Below, one piece after another: positions 35,090 to 43,974 of a stretch of DNA of 64,000 bases (positions within the stretch are counted from its first letter, which is position 1; every line of letters begins with the position of its first letter). The notes under the pieces were generated by a model. It made no database searches. It was not told where the DNA came from and worked only from the letters and a program-made list of their open reading frames with translations. Source of the DNA: an uncultured virus (IMG/VR IMGVR_UViG_3300021958_000055) (lineage: Duplodnaviria; Heunggongvirae; Uroviricota; Caudoviricetes); IMG/VR virus record IMGVR_UViG_3300021958_000055; one strand, 5' to 3'. A program made the position numbers and the translations under genes.

Positions 35090-35576
35090 ACTAGAATTAA
35101 TACCTAAACAGTTTGATAAAAAAACTGTAATGAAAAATGTAAGAGAGTCCAGATTGGACTACATGTTTCATAGACAATTAATTACAGAATCTGAATTTAT
35201 AGCAGGATCTAGGTATAGAAGATTATGTGAAATATCACAACTTGGTGGTAGAGCTTCTAGCTATGAACCTAAATTAGATTATGGATCAGAAGGGGTAATG
35301 GATTCTAAAATAGGAGCTTTCAGTATCCTAGCTAAAATCTCTGAAGAATTACTACCACAGTTTATAATCATTCTAAAGTACTTCTGTTATCAAAATTACT
35401 CTATAACTGAAATTAGCAAATGTATGAACCTTACTGAACGTAAGGCATCTAACCTGGTACACGATGCTTTGCGTAGTTTAGCAATATATTTTGGTTACGT
35501 TAAAGTTAGAAATACTATAAAAGGACAAGGTGTTAAAAAATTGGAAATCAAAAAAATACCTACAATGGGTAGCTAG
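35082..35576 (+). CDS. putative late transcription regulator (sigma region 4 / Q-like HTH)
   Basis: LD.M..R.LI...EF.AG..Y and C-terminal SITEI ... AL..LA.YFG. Confidence 0.5.
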   Translation: MDKLELIPKQFDKKTVMKNVRESRLDYMFHRQLITESEFIAGSRYRRLCEISQLGGRASSYEPKLDYGSEGVMDSKIGAFSILAKISEELLPQFIIILKYFCYQNYSITEISKCMNLTERKASNLVHDALRSLAIYFGYVKVRNTIKGQGVKKLEIKKIPTMGS

Positions 35577-35898
35577 TCAGCAATGCTTACTTTGTATGTA
35601 TCACGAATGCCAAGCTCATCATATTACTATTGCTGAGAAACGTGGAGTATCACAAAAAGTTAGTGATTGCTGGACAATACCACTTTGTTATGCTCATCAC
35701 TCTCAACTGCATCATACTGGTGAAAGACTATATTGGCAGAAATTAGGCATAGATCCTATGATTTATGCTACTTTATTCTACGAATTATGGGATAAAGACG
35801 ACAAAAATAACATAGAATACATACAAAATGAAATCTATGACAAAGTTTTACCATCTTGTAAAAACAATATTGACTTCCTAATGCAGGTCAAATATTAG
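35530..35898 (+). CDS. HNH-like Zn-binding nuclease (DUF968-like)
   Basis: KYL.WVA...C..C....AHH ... KV.D..TIPLC..HH...H. Confidence 0.7.
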   Translation: MLKNWKSKKYLQWVASQQCLLCMYHECQAHHITIAEKRGVSQKVSDCWTIPLCYAHHSQLHHTGERLYWQKLGIDPMIYATLFYELWDKDDKNNIEYIQNEIYDKVLPSCKNNIDFLMQVKY

Positions 35899-35921
35899 CT
35901 TTAGTTATCCTTGCGAGAGGT

Positions 35922-36218
35922 ATGCAAATTATGGCAATAATATACAAATTCACACCTAAAAAAAATAAGAATAAACCTTACTCTCAACACTTTATTGAGA
36001 AAGTAAGTGCTAAAAAAGTAACAAAATTTCTTATGGCACAAGATCCAGCATTACCACATAAAGTTGCTGAATCTATGTCATTAGCTATCATTACGTCTAC
36101 ACATTTACAATTACTGTTAGATGAACATGGTCTTGATGTACCAAGAACTGTAGATAATTCATTTGATGAATATCACAATCTAAATTATTTGGATCATGGC
36201 TCAGAGACGATACACTAA
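35922..36218 (+). CDS. hypothetical protein
   Basis: ORF with GAGG SD. Confidence 0.55.
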   Translation: MQIMAIIYKFTPKKNKNKPYSQHFIEKVSAKKVTKFLMAQDPALPHKVAESMSLAIITSTHLQLLLDEHGLDVPRTVDNSFDEYHNLNYLDHGSETIH

Positions 36219-36474
36219 AAAGAAAAAAGTTTCTAAAGACTTTCCATACAAAGCTATTAAAAAACATCTTACATGGTATGATGCACAATCAGAAACTGGT
36301 TGGATTAGTTTAGAAGATATGGATAATTTAAAACCTGCTGTTTCAAAAACTAAAGGTTGGATCTACAAAGAAACCGATGAATATATAATTACATTCGGTA
36401 CATACTCTACAGATATAAATGATAATATAATTGAATTTGGTGAAGTACTTTGTATTCCTAAAAACTGGATCTAA
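36196..36474 (+). CDS. conserved phage protein
   Basis: W.DA.S..GW ... T.GW...ET ... IP..WI motif. Confidence 0.65.
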   Translation: MAQRRYTKKKKVSKDFPYKAIKKHLTWYDAQSETGWISLEDMDNLKPAVSKTKGWIYKETDEYIITFGTYSTDINDNIIEFGEVLCIPKNWI

Positions 36475-36623
36475 CAGAGAATACAGGATTACATAGAACA
36501 GTTATCTATTGCCCAGTTTGCTCTCTGCTAGATTTAGCCACCCACCAACTCTCGCTGATGGGTGTATCTATATGTGAGATAACTTGTTTTTAATACGTAC
36601 GACATACTCACTCTACAGAATTT

Positions 36624-36743
36624 TTAAATAAGAACTCTATCTAGCTTATCTTTTAATCTTAACGCTAGATTAAATTTACCACGTTCTCTACACTTAAAAA
36701 TAAGAGATTTAATTCTGAATATTAATTTATCTTTTTCAGTCAT
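36624..36743 (-). CDS. 39-aa basic protein (not in the ORF track)
   Basis: MTEKDKLIFRIKSLIFKCRERGKFNLALRLK..., coupled to the upstream stop. Confidence 0.5.
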   Translation of the reverse strand: MTEKDKLIFRIKSLIFKCRERGKFNLALRLKDKLDRVLI

Positions 36744-37030
36744 TATATTCCTTTTTCAGTATATTGATTATTAATACTATCCTTTAATGGATCTGAGTGA
36801 AGTGACTCTTTTGTATAGTGTTGAGCCAAATCATTATTGTTTTCAGATATTAAATTTTTTAATTTATCCTTAAACAACTCTAACTCATTTACCAATGTAG
36901 GATGTGTTGCGTGTATGATACCATATAATGGTAAATCATTTATCGCAGTGATTAATCTTCTGAAGCCACGTCCACGTTTTTCTAAACGTGCAACCTTGTC
37001 ATCAGAACCTATTGTATATTCATCACTCAT
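36743..37030 (-). CDS. hypothetical early protein
   Basis: ORF with GGAG SD. Confidence 0.6.
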   Translation of the reverse strand: MSDEYTIGSDDKVARLEKRGRGFRRLITAINDLPLYGIIHATHPTLVNELELFKDKLKNLISENNNDLAQHYTKESLHSDPLKDSINNQYTEKGI

Positions 37031-37205
37031 CTTTTTTATCTCCTAATTCAGTTGGCCATGTATTTTCATCTTTTGGAATTATAGATTTCATTACATGGAT
37101 CTCCTTCTGAAGATTAGCATTTTCTTGCTTAAGCTTTTTATTCTCAGTTAACACTCTAAGATAATCAGCTTTCATTGCATTGTTCATATCAGTCATGTGT
37201 TGCAA
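37023..37205 (-). CDS. hypothetical coiled-coil protein
   Basis: ORF in the early operon. Confidence 0.5.
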   Translation of the reverse strand: MQHMTDMNNAMKADYLRVLTENKKLKQENANLQKEIHVMKSIIPKDENTWPTELGDKKDE

Positions 37206-37425
37206 CCTCCGTTATTTGTGCATTTAACAACTCTATGTCTAGAGTATACTCTTTTATCCAAGATTGCAACTCTAATGCATGTTTGTCATCAATAGCAGCT
37301 AATTCAATAATATTTGCCATCATATCAATAGATGTTTTTAAATTAGCAACTTGTTGTTCTGCTTCTTTTACAAGTTTACTTTTTTTACCTACTTTAAGCT
37401 GCACTCGATACCTCCGTATTTTCAT
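37189..37425 (-). CDS. hypothetical coiled-coil protein
   Basis: ORF in the early operon. Confidence 0.5.
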   Translation of the reverse strand: MKIRRYRVQLKVGKKSKLVKEAEQQVANLKTSIDMMANIIELAAIDDKHALELQSWIKEYTLDIELLNAQITEVATHD

Positions 37426-37753
37426 TGGGTTCAGTCACTTTCTTAAGTATTGCGATGTCACCATTAATAGTATCACCTGGTAAACATTGATGTCCAGTTC
37501 TCTTTTGCCATTCATACCAAGCTTTAGTAGCTCTTTGATTGACTGGTTTAGATCTTAGTTTTGCTTCTTCATCGCATAACATTTCAAAAGATCTATTAGA
37601 AACATCAACATTATAACCTTTTTGATACTCTATAATATCGCAATCAATTAATGGATATATATTGGCAAAGTCAGGTTTTTGAACAAATACTCTAAAAACC
37701 TCATCACCATTTGTTTTCCATATAATTACATTCCATACTGTTTTACGTTTCAT
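37394..37753 (-). CDS. DUF3846-like protein (tentative)
   Basis: IY.LI.C..IE ... M.CDEE.KL...P.N.RAT ... I.GD. Confidence 0.55.
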   Translation of the reverse strand: MKRKTVWNVIIWKTNGDEVFRVFVQKPDFANIYPLIDCDIIEYQKGYNVDVSNRSFEMLCDEEAKLRSKPVNQRATKAWYEWQKRTGHQCLPGDTINGDIAILKKVTEPNENTEVSSAA

Positions 37754-38049
37754 TCTATCTCCTCTGCTTCTACATAATCTTTAGGCATGACATCAATATT
37801 TACTAATATAGAATGATCAGTAACTAAAGTTATATCGTATGTTAAATTATTATCAGTAAGCAATTTTTCTATTGCTTTGATATTTATTTCTTTTTTTGGA
37901 TCAGGTGTAAACATTAGTTTAATGCCTCTCTGACATATTTCTTTACTAACTTACACCATTTAAAGAACTCTTGGATGTAGTCAGGTGGAGCTTCTCCACG
38001 CTGTTTATCTACATCTTTTAAAGCTCTTTTAGTAGCATTATTTAATATA

Positions 38050-38277
38050 CTAATCTGCTTTCTTGGATGCATCTTTTTCCTCATAAGTTATAGATATAAC
38101 TTTGAACTGCATTTTGCTTTGATCAATAGTTGCTATCTTTTTCATTAGATCTTGCTTTTGTACAGCATCTTCACGATTGCCATAAGTTGCAATAATACTT
38201 GGTCTTGGTTCATTAGTTGTCCAAGTCCAATCGATTTGTACAACGCAATAAACTATATTGTTATTTGCTTTTTCCAT
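38050..38277 (-). CDS. hypothetical early protein
   Basis: ORF with AAGGAG SD. Confidence 0.6.
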   Translation of the reverse strand: MEKANNNIVYCVVQIDWTWTTNEPRPSIIATYGNREDAVQKQDLMKKIATIDQSKMQFKVISITYEEKDASKKAD

Positions 38278-38278
38278 A

Positions 38279-38545
38279 TTACTCCTTTAGTTTTTCTTTT
38301 TCAAAATTAACTGCTGTTTTCTTAGCATCGTTAATCATATTATTTAATGTATGAACACAATGACCTTGCTCTAATAAATAATGCATACCTTCTGTAAGCA
38401 TTATATAAAATGGCATCTTTCTCAAATGATCATACTTTTCAGGTAACTTATATTTCATATACTTTCTAGACACTCTTTCTAAGTCTCTATAAGCAGAATC
38501 AACTATAAGATCATAATACCTTTTTTCTATCTTATTTGCTTTCAC
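38279..38545 (-). CDS. hypothetical early protein (GTG start)
   Basis: SD AGAAAGGAA before GTG at 38545; the ORF-track extension runs through a hairpin. Confidence 0.6.
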   Translation of the reverse strand: MKANKIEKRYYDLIVDSAYRDLERVSRKYMKYKLPEKYDHLRKMPFYIMLTEGMHYLLEQGHCVHTLNNMINDAKKTAVNFEKEKLKE

Positions 38546-38596
38546 AAATTCCTTTCTGTTAAGGTAGCCCCCACACAAAGATGGGGGCATACCGAT

Positions 38597-39199
38597 TTAC
38601 TTCTGAGATAACAATAACAAATTTTTAGCTACGTTATCAGCAATACCAGCTTGACCAAATACACTACTAATGTATTGTCTTACAGCTGACATAGATCCAC
38701 CAGAGTATAATGCATTCTCTGCTTCTTCTCTTTGTGCATCTAACTTTCTGATAGCTTCACCCTTTTTACTTCTATCATAAGCTTTAACAGTTTCTTCTTC
38801 ACAAACTGTTGCGATATACTTATCAATATCAGCTGGATCTATTGGATTATCACTAGAATAACCACCTACAAAATCGGGGTTTTTTACCCATCTTCTAACG
38901 GATTTCCATTTAGTAAGTTTATTCTCTAGTTTTCTACCAGCTTCAAACAAAGCTTTTTTCTTATTAGCTTTACGTGTTTCGTAATTATCTACAAAATCAG
39001 TATAATCTGAAGCTAACTTTGTTACTGATCTAATCATATCATTTAGTTTTAATTTATTTCTAAACTTAGAAAGATTTTGTTCTACTTGATTATCAACATC
39101 AATCTGTCTTTCAGATTCTAGATGTGATCTATGAGCATCAAACTTTCTATTGATATAATCTTTTAGATATAGTTGTTCGTCTTTACGTATTGGTTTCAT
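38597..39199 (-). CDS. hypothetical helical protein
   Basis: 200-aa ORF with SD AGAAAGGAA. Confidence 0.7.
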   Translation of the reverse strand: MKPIRKDEQLYLKDYINRKFDAHRSHLESERQIDVDNQVEQNLSKFRNKLKLNDMIRSVTKLASDYTDFVDNYETRKANKKKALFEAGRKLENKLTKWKSVRRWVKNPDFVGGYSSDNPIDPADIDKYIATVCEEETVKAYDRSKKGEAIRKLDAQREEAENALYSGGSMSAVRQYISSVFGQAGIADNVAKNLLLLSQK

Positions 39200-39303
39200 A
39201 TTTCCTTTCTGTTGTTAACCCCCTACGAAACGAGGGAAAAAATTCAAAACGCAGGGGGTATTGAGTAGCTAGGTTAAACACTTTATGTGTACAAAGCCTA
39301 GTC

Positions 39304-39576
39304 TTACGCAATCTTTTGATTAGAAAGCTCTCCGCTTACGTCCATAAGCTTCTCTGCTTTCGACTTAGTCTCGTCACTCTTGTCCATTCTTGCACAAGAT
39401 CTGATAAACAAAGTAGTCGCTGAAGTCTTTTGACCCATAGGATCTAACTTACTTAGCTTACTGTTCTTTGCTACAGCTTCATGACACAGACCTAATAACT
39501 CCGCATAGTATGATACCATAGCACCATACTTCTTAGTTACTTTCTCTTTTTGAGATACTTTAACTGTTTCTGTCAT
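39304..39576 (-). CDS. hypothetical early protein
   Basis: SD AAAGGAG. Confidence 0.65.
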   Translation of the reverse strand: MTETVKVSQKEKVTKKYGAMVSYYAELLGLCHEAVAKNSKLSKLDPMGQKTSATTLFIRSCARMDKSDETKSKAEKLMDVSGELSNQKIA

Positions 39577-39671
39577 TGTTCTCCTTTTGTTGTTTTTTCC
39601 TTAGTTCATAAGGAAACTCTATTTGTTCAGGCATTTCTTTCTGAACAGCTCTAATAATACCAACTGTAACT

Positions 39672-39902
39672 CTAGCAGGTATCGTCAGAATTTTTAGCAA
39701 TGTGCTTGATGCTTTTGCTATACGATTCATATTTTCTCCTTAGTCGTTTATATTTAATTTCTGTCTGTCTGTATTCCTGAGCAAACTCTTTTGTGCCTGG
39801 TACAGGATCTACATCTTCGGTTAGCCAGTTATAAGTCTTACGAATTACAACAGAGCCGACAGTAAAACCGATAAATTTAACAATATTAACAAGTCCATTC
39901 AT
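39672..39902 (-). CDS. hypothetical early protein
   Basis: SD AGAAAGGGAATA. Confidence 0.55.
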   Translation of the reverse strand: MNGLVNIVKFIGFTVGSVVIRKTYNWLTEDVDPVPGTKEFAQEYRQTEIKYKRLRRKYESYSKSIKHIAKNSDDTC

Positions 39903-40291
39903 TATTCCCTTTCTGCCAATGTGGTAGATGGCATTAGACTATCTAGCACTTGGAACTTTCTTTTCACAAATGCAATTTTTTCAGATAGCATAGTCTCACC
40001 TGCATACTCAGTTTGATTCAATGCTTCTTCATATGTGAACAATACATCTTCAGGTCTTGATGAAAATGTTTCTAGCTGCCACTTACCTCTGATACATAAC
40101 TCAAGCAGCTGTTCAGCATATATTCTGTTCGTTGCCTTTTCCCACTTCTGATATTGTTGGAAAGAAACACCGAGCATATCTGCACACTCTGTTTGTGTTA
40201 GACCAGATCTCACTCTATTCAGTAGTAAGTGCTTTGCTACATTCTTACGAAGCAAAGTAATACTACCTATATCTTTACGTCTTTTAGTCAT
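39902..40291 (-). CDS. XRE-family HTH transcriptional regulator
   Basis: R...GLTQ.E.A..LGVSFQQYQKWE...NRI. Confidence 0.85.
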   Translation of the reverse strand: MTKRRKDIGSITLLRKNVAKHLLLNRVRSGLTQTECADMLGVSFQQYQKWEKATNRIYAEQLLELCIRGKWQLETFSSRPEDVLFTYEEALNQTEYAGETMLSEKIAFVKRKFQVLDSLMPSTTLAERE

Positions 40292-40602
40292 TACAACTCC
40301 TTTCTAAATATTTTCTTAAGCACCTGTGGTTTGCGACTGCTAAAGCCACCGGTGGTAACTACTCTAATAGTATTTGGATCTTTACTCTCATAATTTAATC
40401 TCACAATCATTAGCATACCCTTGCTTGGATACTCTATTGGTAAGTACTTGATCCAGTCGATATAATTACGCCACCACCAAAATTTATCATTACGTATAAA
40501 TCCTGTGAATGGTAGCTTGTAGATAATCTCTAGTCCTTTCTTAAGGGAGATCTTTCTACCTCGTAACTTATCTTTGAATATCACTCTACTGTGTTGCATC
40601 AT
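40291..40602 (-). CDS. hypothetical protein
   Basis: coupled ORF. Confidence 0.55.
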   Translation of the reverse strand: MMQHSRVIFKDKLRGRKISLKKGLEIIYKLPFTGFIRNDKFWWWRNYIDWIKYLPIEYPSKGMLMIVRLNYESKDPNTIRVVTTGGFSSRKPQVLKKIFRKEL

Positions 40603-40758
40603 TTTTAGTTTCTACTTTCTCATTTAAAGCAGCATTACATTGAATAATGCAATTTAATAAATACATTTCTACACCAAAAGCTGGTAATGTTTTTTTCTTA
40701 CTGCTTCTAATTTCTGTGTGTGCATCACTCAACATCTTTTTAAGTTGTCTTAATTTTT

Positions 40759-40965
40759 TCATAAATCTCCTTGATTTTCATATTCTTTCCATATCCAATC
40801 TAGTTCTTTTTGATATTGTTCTACAGTTCCTTTCATAAAAATATCATACGTATGCTCATTTCTTGGTCTATTACCAAATACACTTTTATACGTATCAGAA
40901 TATTCTGAATATGCTTCTTCTCTAGCTTCTTGTGAATCTAATGGATTTTTCATAATATATTTCAT
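40759..40965 (-). CDS. hypothetical protein (YSD.YK...G.RPR family)
   Basis: motif plus SD AGAAAGGAA. Confidence 0.6.
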   Translation of the reverse strand: MKYIMKNPLDSQEAREEAYSEYSDTYKSVFGNRPRNEHTYDIFMKGTVEQYQKELDWIWKEYENQGDL

Positions 40966-40983
40966 AATTCCTTTCTAATTACC

Positions 40984-41147
40984 CTTCCTAGAACTCAGTT
41001 GCACTAGCGCTTTACAACCTTCTAGGAAGTACCGTACTGGCCTCATTGATGCATTTCAACGTGACTCGCTAGAGCGTAGCATTTGAAAACGCCAGTCGTA
41101 TTATTGTAATTCTTTGTGGGCAATCCCCACATGAGTGTGGGGGATTG
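40984..41147 (-). ncRNA. candidate structured RNA: three hairpins, possible loop-loop pairing
   Basis: stems CTTCCTAGAA/TTCTAGGAAG, ACTGGC/GCCAGT, CAATCCCCAC/GTGGGGGATTG; CTAGCG/CGCTAG complementarity between loops. Confidence 0.55.
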
Positions 41148-41157
41148 ACCTAACAAC

Positions 41158-41343
41158 TTACTTAGCTAATTTTTCTGCGATATTAGCCATCATTGTTTTT
41201 AATTCAGCAACTTCAGTCATAACTTCTTTATGATTCTGAATATGCTTAACTGGTATAAACGTACCATCAGCAATGTTTTGAGCATAAGTCTTACCATTGT
41301 TGTACAACTTTGGTGCTTTTGCTTTATCTGTCCCAGCTGTCAT
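41158..41343 (-). CDS. hypothetical early protein (start MTAGT)
   Basis: SD GAAAGGAG precedes an internal ATG of ORF 41158..41394. Confidence 0.6.
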   Translation of the reverse strand: MTAGTDKAKAPKLYNNGKTYAQNIADGTFIPVKHIQNHKEVMTEVAELKTMMANIAEKLAK

Positions 41344-41527
41344 CGTTACTCCTTTCTTGTTTGTATAATGGAATATACACGAGTAATATTCCAATTATGC
41401 CAAGTAGCATTCCCAACTCCATTGGAATGGAATCAGGATGCAACTCAACAGACACAACTACAAATAGTAAACCTATTGCAGGTAGTATCATATTCATTTG
41501 ATCTCCTATGTTATCATTATTAACCAT
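41324..41527 (-). CDS. small membrane protein
   Basis: two hydrophobic segments. Confidence 0.5.
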   Translation of the reverse strand: MVNNDNIGDQMNMILPAIGLLFVVVSVELHPDSIPMELGMLLGIIGILLVYIPLYKQERSNDDSWDR

Positions 41528-41690
41528 ATAATAACAACTGTGAATAGAATATATATACGCATATAATTATTCTTTGTCATTGTTATCATCTTTCACCAGC
41601 TTTTTTACGAAATAAAAGCCGATTAAACAGCTACCAATCATTATTGCTAAATAAATAGCTAACAACGTCAGTACCAATCCTGTTAGAAAA

Positions 41691-41873
41691 CTAATCATAT
41701 TTAACTCCTTTCATTCTGTTATAAGTATTATACCTACGGATATATCTCTTAAACATCTTATCTAGTGATAGCTTAGGAGGTGTAGGAATTATATCTAAAT
41801 GGCTTATTTTATAGTCATAAACCAGCTGATTTAGCCTCTTTCCATGTAGCTTATTCATTTCAGATTCCCTCAT
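41691..41873 (-). CDS. hypothetical first early gene of phage B
   Basis: 60-aa ORF. Confidence 0.45.
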   Translation of the reverse strand: MRESEMNKLHGKRLNQLVYDYKISHLDIIPTPPKLSLDKMFKRYIRRYNTYNRMKGVKYD

Positions 41874-41900
41874 TTGTTAGTGTTGATAAGTATAATAATC

Positions 41901-42180
41901 AAATCCCACAATCAATCTATCAATAGATTTAGCCTAGAGTAGGTCAATTGTAGGATTTCCATTATATATAACAAACCCAAGTTCTTGAGCTTGTTCACGC
42001 AGTGACAAGTCTCATGAACGTAACGCAACACATGAGTTAAAAACTCACAAGTTTTTTTTGGGCTGTGAAAGCAAGTTCAAAAAAAAATAAAACTTCTTAG
42101 AGCAACTCGTAACAACGAGTTTCAGTGTTCTAGAACAAAGGGTTTTAAAGTTACCCCAAGCAAGTTATGGTAATGTGTGA
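41901..42180 (+). other. densely self-complementary non-coding region between the divergent early and late units
   Basis: at least six nested or adjacent inverted repeats (see findings). Confidence 0.55.
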
Positions 42181-42267
42181 GAGTAAATATAGGGGGGTTT
42201 GTTACAGCTAGACCCAATGGGGGGGTTTACATTAGAATCATTATAAACAAAAATAGGAGAAACATAT

Positions 42268-42570
42268 ATGTACGCAAGTTTAGCAAGATTTGGCTATGGC
42301 ATCGCAAAAAGCCTTAGACCAAGTAAGTTAAAACGTGGCATGAGAATAGCAGGTGATAAAGTCGTGAAAAAAAGACTTGATCCTGCGAAAAGTCCAAAAC
42401 TATCAGCAGCCGAAGATAGTGGACTTAACTTCATGACATCAGCTGGAAGTAAAATCCAAAAGGGTTATACTAAAGCTTATAGAGCCACATTAGGCTCATC
42501 TACGAAACGAAAAGTTACTACTGGAGTAATCGGTGGTGGCATAGGCTTCGATATATTCGATGACGATTAA
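42268..42570 (+). CDS. basic protein
   Basis: SD AGGAG; K/R/G/S-rich. Confidence 0.65.
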   Translation: MYASLARFGYGIAKSLRPSKLKRGMRIAGDKVVKKRLDPAKSPKLSAAEDSGLNFMTSAGSKIQKGYTKAYRATLGSSTKRKVTTGVIGGGIGFDIFDDD

Positions 42571-42704
42571 TGGCTAAGAAAAAAGCCTCAATCGGAATTA
42601 TAACATGGGAACGTGAGAAGCCAAGAAAACGACCAGGCAAACACGCCAAATCGTATTCAAAACGGATCCCTCAACGCAAACGATATAAAGGACAAGGTAG
42701 GTAA
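42570..42704 (+). CDS. 44-aa highly basic peptide (not in the ORF track)
   Basis: KPRKRPGKHAKSYSKRIP.RKRYKGQGR, homologous to 12167..12298. Confidence 0.75.
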   Translation: MAKKKASIGIITWEREKPRKRPGKHAKSYSKRIPQRKRYKGQGR

Positions 42705-42706
42705 CA

Positions 42707-43114
42707 ATGTATCAAATAGGAAAATCAGCAGCTATATTCTTAAAGCATAGAATGGCAAAAGGTAAAGCTGCAGCTATGGCAGGAATGGCTAAAGCAAAGA
42801 CTGCTACGAAAGCAGGATTAGTTAAAGGTAAAGCTATTTCAGCTAAAGGTTTAGCAAAAGGTAAAGTTCTTGCTAAAAAAGCAGGAGACGCTGGTATTAT
42901 ACTAGGTGGTGGAGCAATGAGTTTAGCAAAACAATTGCCAAAAGATGCTGTAAAAGAATTTAGAGGTGTTAAAAGAGCTGTAAAAAGAACAGCTAAAAAA
43001 TTCCCTGATACTTTTATGAAATATCCATTAACAACAGGAGCTGTTGCTGGATTAGGTATTCAAGCAGCATTACCTAAAAAAGAAAAAAAGAAAAATAATA
43101 GAAACTATGGCTAA
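42707..43114 (+). CDS. Lys/Ala-rich basic protein
   Basis: repeated AKG(K/L) units. Confidence 0.65.
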   Translation: MYQIGKSAAIFLKHRMAKGKAAAMAGMAKAKTATKAGLVKGKAISAKGLAKGKVLAKKAGDAGIILGGGAMSLAKQLPKDAVKEFRGVKRAVKRTAKKFPDTFMKYPLTTGAVAGLGIQAALPKKEKKKNNRNYG

Positions 43115-43343
43115 TAAAATAGAGAAGTTAGCTGATGATTTAATGAATCTTACTAAAGATGAAGCTCAACAACTACAGCTTGTCATCAAAGCTAAGCTTA
43201 TGCCTGAAGTTGAGAGACAACGTGGTTTATTGAACGACCAAATGGCTCAGAATCCACAAATGGCTAATATGGGAAGGCAACAATCAATGGCACCTAGAGC
43301 TGCAACACAGCGAGATGTCAGAATGCAAGGACTATTACGATGA
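43107..43343 (+). CDS. hypothetical protein
   Basis: coupled ORF. Confidence 0.6.
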   Translation: MANKIEKLADDLMNLTKDEAQQLQLVIKAKLMPEVERQRGLLNDQMAQNPQMANMGRQQSMAPRAATQRDVRMQGLLR

Positions 43344-43419
43344 AGCTATTGAAAAAATACATTCAAAAGTGTAAGCATTACATTAAGAACATAATAAATA
43401 ACTTTAAAGGAGTATAATT

Positions 43420-43530
43420 ATGCCAATGGTAGGAAAGAAGAAGTTTTCATACACAGCAAAAGGCAAAAAAGCTGCTAAAGCTTATGCTAAAAAGACTGGT
43501 AAGAAAATGAAAAAGAAAAAAGGATACTAA
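43420..43530 (+). CDS. 36-aa Lys-rich peptide (not in the ORF track)
   Basis: MPMVGKKKFSYTAKGKKAAKAYAKKTGKKMKKKKGY with AAGGAG SD. Confidence 0.7.
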   Translation: MPMVGKKKFSYTAKGKKAAKAYAKKTGKKMKKKKGY

Positions 43531-43628
43531 TGTTAGTAGGAAAACAAAGCAGACTTCCTATGGCTTTACAAAAAAAGATCGTAAAAGCCAAAATGAAAAA
43601 GAAAAAAGCAAAAAAAGGTAAAAAATGA
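43530..43628 (+). CDS. 32-aa Lys-rich peptide (not in the ORF track)
   Basis: MLVGKQSRLPMALQKKIVKAKMKKKKAKKGKK; TAATG and ATGA coupling on both sides. Confidence 0.6.
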   Translation: MLVGKQSRLPMALQKKIVKAKMKKKKAKKGKK

Positions 43629-43972
43629 GTATAAAATTTGATAAAGGTGATTTTGAATTATACAGAAGTAAGTTTAAAAGCAAATTACTACCTGCTGTAG
43701 TTCCAGGAACATCAACTTTTACTAAAAAACAAGCAACAGGCATGCCAAGAAAAAAATTTAGCAAAGTTAAAAAGCCTGAAGCTGGTATTATTAAGAAAGG
43801 TTTAAAGGTAGCAAGTAGAGCTGCACTATCACCTTTATCATTAGGATTAACTGGAGCTTATGCATTAGGTGCTTCTTCTAGAAGATTTAAAAAAGCTCCA
43901 AAAGTAGGTGAAGGTAGAAGATTATCAAGTGAAGTTTTATCTAAACCTGATAAAAGAACTTATTATTTATAA
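43625..43972 (+). CDS. basic protein
   Basis: K/R-rich coupled ORF. Confidence 0.6.
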   Translation: MSIKFDKGDFELYRSKFKSKLLPAVVPGTSTFTKKQATGMPRKKFSKVKKPEAGIIKKGLKVASRAALSPLSLGLTGAYALGASSRRFKKAPKVGEGRRLSSEVLSKPDKRTYYL

Positions 43973-43974
43973 TT

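Noticed and set aside
40984..41147. tRNA or tmRNA gene
   Set aside because: No cloverleaf, T-loop GTTCRA or CCA end; kept as an unassigned structured RNA
41981..41996. LexA box in phage B
   Set aside because: Spacing is GTTC-N8-GTTC, and the sequence is part of a hairpin arm
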